Notes under the pieces: generated by a model
What the model was told of the DNA's origin: nothing
The model's input: the letters and a program-made list of their open reading frames with translations, nothing else
The model's database searches: none
Shown here: positions 56,936 to 64,000 of the stretch, piece after piece
Position numbering within the stretch: the stretch's first letter is position 1
Layout: every line of letters begins with the position of its first letter
Virus record (IMG/VR): IMGVR_UViG_3300028626_000002
Span: 32,001 to 96,000 of that record
Origin: a virus
Lineage: Duplodnaviria; Caudoviricetes
Reading direction: 5' to 3' (one strand)
DNA length: 64,000 bases
Made by a program: the position numbers and the translations under genes

Positions 56936-57234
56936 TGCCCGAGCTGCCCGACCCCAAGCGCCCGGACAACTGGAAGGAGGAGGTGGCCGAGGTCCACCAC
57001 CGGCTGGCCGTGGGGCTCAACCCGTACCTGAGGTACATCTGGGAGTACGCCACCCCGGAGAACGTGGCCCTGTTCGCAGTCGAGATCCAGATGACCCCCA
57101 AGAGCACGCCCGTCAAGACCGAGTTCACCGCCACGCCCCTGCAGGCGTACGACCTGCTGCTCCAGCAGCTCAGCGGCCCGGCCACCAGCGTCAAGCCGAC
57201 GACGTCGGCCGCAGCTGCAGTCCCCCCGGCGTAG
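56935..57234 (+). CDS. Hypothetical protein
   Basis: TGATG coupling. Confidence 0.5.
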   Translation: MPELPDPKRPDNWKEEVAEVHHRLAVGLNPYLRYIWEYATPENVALFAVEIQMTPKSTPVKTEFTATPLQAYDLLLQQLSGPATSVKPTTSAAAAVPPA

Positions 57235-57298
57235 CCGGACAAGCTCGCAAGTACTCGGTATAACAGCTCTGACCGCCACCTTCACCGTAGGAGAAACC

Positions 57299-58108
57299 AT
57301 GGACCCGAACGGCATCCTGATCTGGGGCTTGAGCCACTCGTCGAACCGCCGCCGCCATGCGCGCGCGGGGGAGGAGCTAATGCTCCCGATCACCTCCGCC
57401 AACGAGAACCTGCCGAGCCACCTGCACCTGCCGAGGAAGACGCCGGACCAGTTCTTCGACTACTACGGCCGGCAGTGGCCGTGGTCCCAGCTGCCGAAGG
57501 ACATCCAGAACAGCTGGTCCGTCGACGAGGTCATCGGTGGCGGACTCGGCGTCCGGCCCAACGGCCGCAACACCCGGTACGCGCACGTCCTGACGTGGGT
57601 CGACGACAAGCTCATCATCGAGGAGGGCACCAAGGCCCCGACCTCGGACGAGCGCACGGTCCTGAACCTGCTCTCCGCCGCGTTCATGCGGCGCTGCGAG
57701 CTGGTCTTCCGCGGCGAGCTGGAGACCTGGGTCAAGGACCACATCGAGCGGGCGGACGCGACGCCGCTGTCGACCGAGCCCTACGCCCAGTCCTGGTACA
57801 TCCTGCCCCAGTTCGCGGACGACTTCATGGCGATGGCCAAGGCGCTGGACGGCGAGGGCATCCTCATGTACGCCAAGCTGGCCGACGTCCAGGGCAGCGG
57901 CGTTCGGCACGAGGTCGAGGCCTACCTCAAGACCAGGATGGACACGATCACCCCGACGCTCCTCAAGAACCCCACCGAGGAGGACCGGCAGAAGGCCGTG
58001 CGGCTGCTGACCGTCGTCATCCCGGCGTACGACGAGGTCTTCGGTGTCAAGTCCCTGCCGACGGTGGCGCGCGGCATGGCCCTGATGCACGCCATCCTGG
58101 GGGTGTGA
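57299..58108 (+). CDS. Hypothetical protein (alternative start 57380)
   Basis: After GGTATAAC motif; RBS at both starts. Confidence 0.55.
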   Translation: MDPNGILIWGLSHSSNRRRHARAGEELMLPITSANENLPSHLHLPRKTPDQFFDYYGRQWPWSQLPKDIQNSWSVDEVIGGGLGVRPNGRNTRYAHVLTWVDDKLIIEEGTKAPTSDERTVLNLLSAAFMRRCELVFRGELETWVKDHIERADATPLSTEPYAQSWYILPQFADDFMAMAKALDGEGILMYAKLADVQGSGVRHEVEAYLKTRMDTITPTLLKNPTEEDRQKAVRLLTVVIPAYDEVFGVKSLPTVARGMALMHAILGV

Positions 58109-58109
58109 C

Positions 58110-59435
58110 ATGGGACTCGACGTCTACTTGTGGTACAGCGGCATGGGTGAAAAGGAGCAGCGGCGCTGGGAGAAGCGCGCCGACGAGATCCTGGGCCCCG
58201 TCCTGGAGAAGTACACGACCGAGGAGGTCACTCGGAAGGTGCCGATGCTCTTCGACGGTACGGAGGAGACGCGCACCTACAAGCGGATCCCCGAGGACCA
58301 GAAGAAGGCCTGGGCCGACGAGGCGGAGGCCGCGCTGAGGGCCGAGGGCTTCGTCATCGACCGCATCGGCAACGACTGGGTGCGGGGCAAGCCGCCGCTC
58401 GAGGTGGGTGGCCACTTCCAGCAGAACTCGGCCATCCACCCCGACCACCTGTTCAAGGTCGGGTACCTCCGCTCGTCGTACAACAGCGGGGGCATCAACA
58501 GCATCACCCGTGAGCTGATCGGGATGGACCTGTACGACGTCTTCGACCCCAAGGACCGGTACAGCTTCGCCCCGGCGTGGGTGGCGGCCCGGGGGCGTGC
58601 CGTGCACGTCCAGGAGAAGCTGAAGCAGAAGGCGGAGGAGCTGGGGGGCCTGTCGGCGGAGGAGATCCCCATCTACCTCAACTCCCACCCGAACACCGAG
58701 AAGGAGCGGCCGCACAACTCCCAGGAGGCCATGGCGGTCTTCCGCAGGCAGTACGAGGGCCAGGTCGGCTTCACCTTGTATTCCAGTGGCCTGGGGCTGT
58801 TCATGCTGAAGCACCCCATGCGTACGGTGGCGCTCATCCGCGGCGCCAACCACGTCCTGGGCACCCGCCCCTCGATGTTCGCGGTGACCCGCCCCTACAA
58901 CAAGGGCCTCGTGCCGCTCGGCACCCCGGGCGTCGCCCCGGACGACGTCCAGGTGTACAAGGTCCAGATCACCAACTCGGGGGACAACCCCCTGGGGCTG
59001 CCCAGCGACCGGGGGCAGGTCCTGCACGCGTACGAGGTGACGCGTTCGCTGGAGCCCCGCGTCGAGTGGCGGAACCCCTGGGACCTCATCCGTGTCGAGA
59101 ACCCCAGCGAGCAGGTCTACCAGGACATGAAGGACGCCCCCCTCGAGCAGGCCCTCTCGTACGAGGGGCACCAGCGGCTCGTCGTGGCGTACCCGGGCAT
59201 GTGGTACCCGGGCGGGTTCCTGATGTACGCCTTCATCGTGGGCCTCGACGAGGAGACCGGGGTGCCGGTGGGGTACGTCATCGGCCGGCCGTGCGCCGCC
59301 GAGGACAAGCTGCAGGACGAGTCCAACCTGCAGTGGTACATCAACGCCTACGACGTCGTGATCGAGACCATCGACTTCGTGCTGGCGAAGCCGCCGGCGG
59401 AGCGCCGCAAGTGGCGCCTCCACTGGAGCAGCTGA
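58110..59435 (+). CDS. Hypothetical phage protein (MGLD... start)
   Basis: 441-aa ORF; strong GC3. Confidence 0.65.
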   Translation: MGLDVYLWYSGMGEKEQRRWEKRADEILGPVLEKYTTEEVTRKVPMLFDGTEETRTYKRIPEDQKKAWADEAEAALRAEGFVIDRIGNDWVRGKPPLEVGGHFQQNSAIHPDHLFKVGYLRSSYNSGGINSITRELIGMDLYDVFDPKDRYSFAPAWVAARGRAVHVQEKLKQKAEELGGLSAEEIPIYLNSHPNTEKERPHNSQEAMAVFRRQYEGQVGFTLYSSGLGLFMLKHPMRTVALIRGANHVLGTRPSMFAVTRPYNKGLVPLGTPGVAPDDVQVYKVQITNSGDNPLGLPSDRGQVLHAYEVTRSLEPRVEWRNPWDLIRVENPSEQVYQDMKDAPLEQALSYEGHQRLVVAYPGMWYPGGFLMYAFIVGLDEETGVPVGYVIGRPCAAEDKLQDESNLQWYINAYDVVIETIDFVLAKPPAERRKWRLHWSS

Positions 59436-59499
59436 CATCGGGTCATGTGGGCCTGCCCTTCTCCCGCAAAGGGGGGAGGGGCAGGCCCTGTTCTCTAGC

Positions 59500-59907
59500 T
59501 TGGAGGCGACATTGAGCAAGGTGGATCTGCGAGAGGCCCTGGATGCGCAGCACAAGGACGACGTGATCGTCATCGTCCGACGGCCCTACTCGGCGAACCC
59601 CGCCGACAGCTACCTGGAGGTGGTGCTCGCGTTCCGCGGGGACGAGCCCATGATGCCCTGGGTCACCTGGACCTACAACAAGCAGTCCGGTGGCTACGGC
59701 GAGGGCCACTACTTCAGCGACATCGTCAAGGCCGCGAATGACTTCGAGGTCCGCGGCACCAAGAAGCAGCAGGAGACGGTCAAGGTCGCCGTTTTGCAGG
59801 AGCAGCTGGCACGGGCCGCCGACCTGCTGGAGGTCCTGAAGAACGGCGGGGATGACAGCGTGTGGACCGAGGTGGACGAACTCATCGAGGAGGTCAGGGA
59901 AGGATGA
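59500..59907 (+). CDS. Hypothetical protein (start uncertain)
   Basis: PWVTW...GHYF motif; codon usage. Confidence 0.5.
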   Translation: MEATLSKVDLREALDAQHKDDVIVIVRRPYSANPADSYLEVVLAFRGDEPMMPWVTWTYNKQSGGYGEGHYFSDIVKAANDFEVRGTKKQQETVKVAVLQEQLARAADLLEVLKNGGDDSVWTEVDELIEEVREG

Positions 59908-60497
59908 AGGACGACAGCAAGGTGTGCGAGTGCGAGTGCGAGTGCGAGTGCGAGTGCGAGGACATGCACAAGGAGAAGGACCCCAACGACACGCGGGTCC
60001 ACCTGAACGAGGAGAACGAGAAGTTCCAGAAGGAGATCGTCCCGCAGTGGGAGAAGGAGCTGGATGGGCTGAAGACCCCCGAGGACCTGGCGAAGTTCGT
60101 CCACCACCTGATGGACGACTACGTGCACGACTACGGGACCGTCTGCTACGCCCTGGGCTACGCGGCGCTGGCCGGCGCCAGGGTGGCCGACCGCCACCCC
60201 GGGCAGGGTGGCATCACGGGCTTCCAGGCGGGGGCCGTGATGTGGACCTTCATCCAGAAGTGGACCCTCGAGAAGGGGCCCATGAAGCTGGTGCGGTTCA
60301 GCAACATGCTCTACCCCCAGTACGACTACCGGTTCGCCCGCACCATCACGAAGGACACGTGGGGGTGGCTGAAGGCCGAGGCCAAGCGCCTGCTGCAGGA
60401 GAGCAGCGACGCCGCCGCTGAGCGCGTCGTCGAGCACTGGAAGTCCATCGTGGCCGGCGTGGTCCCCTTCGGCTACGCCGTCGCGGACGACGACTGA
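59904..60497 (+). CDS. Hypothetical protein with (CE)6 repeat
   Basis: HDYGT, GITGFQAG, MLYPQY. Confidence 0.6.
   Translation: MKDDSKVCECECECECECEDMHKEKDPNDTRVHLNEENEKFQKEIVPQWEKELDGLKTPEDLAKFVHHLMDDYVHDYGTVCYALGYAALAGARVADRHPGQGGITGFQAGAVMWTFIQKWTLEKGPMKLVRFSNMLYPQYDYRFARTITKDTWGWLKAEAKRLLQESSDAAAERVVEHWKSIVAGVVPFGYAVADDD
59925..59960 (+). repeat. (TGCGAG)6 perfect in-frame tandem repeat
   Basis: Read directly. Confidence 0.95.
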
Positions 60498-61330
60498 TGG
60501 ACGAGAACCGCTGGAACTTCGACGAGATCGACTGGCCCACCACCAGCTTCAACCTGCGCTCCCACCTCGTCCTCGCCGCCCGCCGGGGCAGCGAGGCCCA
60601 CGGCACGTACATCCCGCCCGAGGACGCCACCGGCGTCGACGACCGGGATGTGCTGGGCATCGTCGTGTCGCCCCTCGACCACTACATGGGGGTCAGGAAC
60701 GACTGGTCGAAGGCGGAGGCCCAGAGCATCAAGGGTCCGTGGGACGTCGTGCTCTACGACGCCCGCAAGTACGTACGTCTGCTCATGGCACAGAACCCCA
60801 ACATCCTGATGAGCCTCTGGTGCGAGCCCGAGGACTACCTGTACATCTCGGAGTTCGGCAGGGCCCTCCTGGGCATGCGCGAGCACTTCAAGGGCCGCCA
60901 CGCGTTCCACGACGCGTGCGTCGGCTACGCCCGGGGGCAGCTCTACAAGATGACCCACGGCAGCCTCGGCACGGGGTACATGGGCGAGAAGCGCAAGGCC
61001 CTGGTCGAGCAGTTCGGCTACGACTGCAAGAACGCGGCGCACCTCCTCCGCCTCCTGTACATGGGCGCCGAGTTCCACAAAGAGGGTGTGCTGCACGTCC
61101 GCCGCACGTGGGACCGTGAGCGGCTCATCGACATCAAGCGGGGCAAGCACACGCTGCAGGAGGTCTCCAAGATGGCGGAGGACGCCTTCCGTGAGGCGAA
61201 CGCCGCGTACGCGGAGAGCGTGCTGCCGGAGAAGGTGGACACCGACCTCATCAACAAGGTGTTCACGGAGATGATGACGGGCTGGTTCTTCAGGCTGCAG
61301 CTGAAGACCCTGCGGCTGCAGGAGGGCTGA
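60497..61330 (+). CDS. Pol-beta superfamily nucleotidyltransferase (RlaP/Nuc-transf-like)
   Basis: GS.AHG...D.D..G, NPN.L..L, K.A.HL.RLL, L.DIK.G. Confidence 0.8.
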   Translation: MDENRWNFDEIDWPTTSFNLRSHLVLAARRGSEAHGTYIPPEDATGVDDRDVLGIVVSPLDHYMGVRNDWSKAEAQSIKGPWDVVLYDARKYVRLLMAQNPNILMSLWCEPEDYLYISEFGRALLGMREHFKGRHAFHDACVGYARGQLYKMTHGSLGTGYMGEKRKALVEQFGYDCKNAAHLLRLLYMGAEFHKEGVLHVRRTWDRERLIDIKRGKHTLQEVSKMAEDAFREANAAYAESVLPEKVDTDLINKVFTEMMTGWFFRLQLKTLRLQEG

Positions 61331-61375
61331 CTTGACTGACGGCCTCCCAGTGTTAGAATGGCCAGGGAGGTGGGC

Positions 61376-62149
61376 GTGAAGAAGCTCAGCGATGACGACC
61401 TATTGCTTGCCGTGGACGCGTACGAGAACGGCGTGTCGGCCGTGCTACTGGGGCAGCAGTACGGGGTAACTCCAGAGTGCCTGTACCAACGGTTCCGAGC
61501 ACTTGGCGTCACTCCGCGCCCTCGAGACGCCGCTCGCAGAGAGTACGATCTCGATGAGGGCGCGTTCGACGTCCTTACGCCGGAGTCGCGCTACTGGCTG
61601 GGGTTCTTGATGGCTGACGGGTGCGTCTGCGGTACCGCGCTGACCGTGGCACTGCGGCGGCAGGACGAGGGTCATCTGGCAGCCCTTGCCCGGTTCCTGG
61701 GAACCAGCCGACCTGTGAGGTACGTGTCGCAGAACGGCTCCGCGTATCTGAGGGTCAGGTCGGCCCGACTGGTGGCAGCACTCGCCGCATACGGGGTAAC
61801 CCCGCGGAAAAGCCTGCACGCCAAGGCCCTGCTGGGGGTAGACCACCACTCCGAGTTCTGGTTGGGTGCACTGGACGGCGACGGCTGGGTGGGCAGCTAC
61901 CGAGGGATCCTACAGGTCGGCTACTGCGGCTCCGCTGAGCTGATGGAACAGTGTGCAGACTTCGTTGCCGGCACCACCACAGGGCACAAGGGAGACCGCA
62001 GGCCTAGCGTCCAGCGGCGGCACGATCAGAACGTCAGCCTGGTCACGGTATATGGGAAGCGAGCACGACAACTGCTCGAGCAGCTGCACTCCGCCAGCCC
62101 CGTTTGCCTGGGGAGGAAGTTGCGTAGATGGGAGGAGGTGCGAGGCTGA
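61376..62149 (+). CDS. Double-motif LAGLIDADG homing endonuclease (paralog of 52989)
   Basis: YWLGFLMADGC, FWLGALDGDG; upstream TTGACT-N16-TAGAAT. Confidence 0.85.
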   Translation: MKKLSDDDLLLAVDAYENGVSAVLLGQQYGVTPECLYQRFRALGVTPRPRDAARREYDLDEGAFDVLTPESRYWLGFLMADGCVCGTALTVALRRQDEGHLAALARFLGTSRPVRYVSQNGSAYLRVRSARLVAALAAYGVTPRKSLHAKALLGVDHHSEFWLGALDGDGWVGSYRGILQVGYCGSAELMEQCADFVAGTTTGHKGDRRPSVQRRHDQNVSLVTVYGKRARQLLEQLHSASPVCLGRKLRRWEEVRG

Positions 62150-62269
62150 TGGTACATTTGTGCAAGGACCCCTGCCCGGGGGACCGGGGGAAGCACGAGC
62201 AGACGTACGGCCTGCGGCCGTCGGAGAAGCTGTCCCCCAAGCTCAACGAGAAGTACACGGAGGACACGT

Positions 62270-62764
62270 ATGGGCGCTGACCTTCTCGTCGCCATGACCG
62301 AGATCAAGCGAGGGCGTCAGCCCGACTGGGCCGCGGCCGAGGCTCACCTGGAGAAGCTCTCGACCGTCGACTGCTACCGCATCATCGAGCAGGTGCAGCA
62401 GCTCGGAGTCGAGGTTCCCTCCGAGGAGGAACTCGCCAGGGTGCGCCAGAAGGAGCAGGAGGGCGCCGACCTGACGAACGACGAGGACATCTTCCTCAGT
62501 GCGCTGGATGACCTGGGGGATGACCCCAAGGGGCGCCTCAAGAGCGCCCTGGCCAGCTGCAAGGTCGGCTGGGAGGGCGGGCTCCGCATGATGACCGCCA
62601 TGCGCGGCCACTACACCGACATCCTGCTGGCTGGCGGGGTGTCGTGGGGCGATTCCATCGAGGAGTGCGAGGACCTCCAGTACTTCGTGGAGTCCGGCTG
62701 CGCCAAGGCGGCCGGCTTCCTCGACAGGTCCTCCCTCAACTTCACGAGCATCCGTGTCGGGTGA
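62270..62764 (+). CDS. Hypothetical protein
   Basis: RBS GGAGG; GG.SWGD motif. Confidence 0.6.
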   Translation: MGADLLVAMTEIKRGRQPDWAAAEAHLEKLSTVDCYRIIEQVQQLGVEVPSEEELARVRQKEQEGADLTNDEDIFLSALDDLGDDPKGRLKSALASCKVGWEGGLRMMTAMRGHYTDILLAGGVSWGDSIEECEDLQYFVESGCAKAAGFLDRSSLNFTSIRVG

Positions 62765-62809
62765 TCTTCCCGCAAGGGTCGCACCCTTCTCATTCAACAG
62801 GGAGACAGC

Positions 62810-63244
62810 ATGATGCAGTTCAAGGTCGGAGACCGCGTGTGGTTCGGCCGCCCGAACGGCGAGCAGACGCTCGGCGAGGTCATCAAGGTCAACCTCCGGA
62901 CGTACAAGATCCGGCAGCTCGAGGAACGCCTCGGCGACGGGTCGAAGCGGCGGCCCGTCGGCACGGTCTGGACGGTGCCCAGCGAGTTCGTGGTGGCCGC
63001 CACGGGCGCCGAGGGCAAGCAGCTGCCCAGGCCGCTCCCCGGCATGCGCCCCAGCCTCCCGGCGGACCGCGCCCACTTCGGGCAGGCGCAGTTCCGGGTC
63101 GGTGACAGCATCCAGTTCAAGGGCAAGGGCCAGGTCGTGAAGGGCATCATCTCGAAGGTCAACCGGAGCACCTACAGCGTGGTGGTGCCCGGGGAGCCCC
63201 GCGGGTGGAAGGTGCCCTTCGAGATGGCCTCGGCCGCGGCCTGA
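62810..63244 (+). CDS. Tandem SH3/KOW-like domain protein
   Basis: Two F.VGD...F....G..I.KVN..TY....W.VP repeats. Confidence 0.6.
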   Translation: MMQFKVGDRVWFGRPNGEQTLGEVIKVNLRTYKIRQLEERLGDGSKRRPVGTVWTVPSEFVVAATGAEGKQLPRPLPGMRPSLPADRAHFGQAQFRVGDSIQFKGKGQVVKGIISKVNRSTYSVVVPGEPRGWKVPFEMASAAA

Positions 63245-63340
63245 TCCCACTCCCACCCCCCGGCCTCTGGCCGGGGGGTGGGGGCCGACTTTCTGCAATG
63301 AAATCTAGCTATAAGAAAGATGAGCCCCATCTGGTGCGAC

Positions 63341-63394
63341 CGCCGTCGGTCGCCAACATGCCTCACCCCCTTGGCGTGTTGGCGACCGACGGCG
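63341..63394. repeat. 22-bp inverted repeat with TCACCCCCTT loop
   Basis: Arms match at 21/22; the remaining position is a G-U pair on the + strand. Confidence 0.85.
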
Positions 63395-63433
63395 AGCGCC
63401 GTAGACCCGTTGTAGCTCTTGCACGGAGGTGAC

Positions 63434-63625
63434 ATGCTCACGCGCCTTGTCCACTGCCGCTGCGGACGGTCAGTGGAGTGCCACGACATCCGCAACACCT
63501 GCACCTGCGGCCGGGAGTACAATCTCTCTGGTCGACGCGTGGACGCCGACAGGCACCTGGAGACCGAGAACTGGCTGCTCCTGTCGGGATGGACTGGACC
63601 CTTCAATGAGGAGGTACTGGGGTGA
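63434..63625 (+). CDS. Small zinc-ribbon protein
   Basis: RBS GGAGG; CRCG...CTCG. Confidence 0.5.
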   Translation: MLTRLVHCRCGRSVECHDIRNTCTCGREYNLSGRRVDADRHLETENWLLLSGWTGPFNEEVLG

Positions 63626-64000
63626 GCAACGAGAAGCGCGAGTGGGTCGTGGAGCAGACGTTCGAGCAGGACGGGCTCGCGGTCGAGGTCTCCTCCTCCG
63701 TCGGGGGGACCGGGCGCAAGTTCTACTCCATGCGCACGGGGCGCGTGGATAAGGAGAAGGTGGTGCCGGCGTTCCACCCGGGCGTCGGCATCTTCACCGA
63801 GCGCACGGAGGACCACAGCATCAAGCTGAAGGTCAACTACGCGGCGGTGTTCTCCACCCTCCTGCTCCGGGCCCAGGGCTGGGTCACCCAGCGGCTGGAG
63901 GAGGAGCGGGCGGCCTACGTCGCCAGCCAGCCGCGCGCGCCGCGCCCCACCGGTGGTGACCGCCGGGACGGCCCGCCCCGCGGAGGGCGCACCATGCGCC
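63622..64000 (+). CDS. Hypothetical protein (runs off window)
   Basis: GAGGAGG RBS + GTG; open to end of window. Confidence 0.5.
   Translation, partial: MSNEKREWVVEQTFEQDGLAVEVSSSVGGTGRKFYSMRTGRVDKEKVVPAFHPGVGIFTERTEDHSIKLKVNYAAVFSTLLLRAQGWVTQRLEEERAAYVASQPRAPRPTGGDRRDGPPRGGRTMR

Noticed and set aside
61310-62150. Target-end duplication around the HEG at 61376
   Set aside because: Only a short GGCTGA is shared; too little to distinguish from chance

Overview
A 64-kb segment of a high-GC large (probably jumbo) dsDNA bacteriophage. In order: virion and membrane genes (1-5.9 kb, +); a minus-strand block with a portal-like gene, DUF932, UDG and an SF2 helicase (5.9-14 kb); a replication/recombination operon with DnaB-like helicase, primase, PolA, RecA-like and Cas4-like nuclease genes (14-25 kb); and an accessory island at 28.5-38.4 kb. 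The island holds a solo Cas7/RAMP-like gene, a Ro60/Rsr (TROVE) gene, a ~1.9-kb non-coding tract with nine Y-RNA-like units (several carrying circularly permuted tRNA mimics or lone anticodon arms) and a tmRNA with a 37-aa tag, then a Ubl-E2-JAB-E1 ubiquitin-like operon. Next is a phage multisubunit RNA polymerase whose beta(+beta' N-terminus) and beta' genes lie 4.3 kb apart and appear joined by a naturally split intein. Four LAGLIDADG and one HNH free-standing endonucleases are present; two sit between duplicated, recoded termini of their target genes. RecD2, an RlaP-like nucleotidyltransferase and many hypothetical genes follow. All calls come from reading motifs by eye; no searches or folding programs were run.
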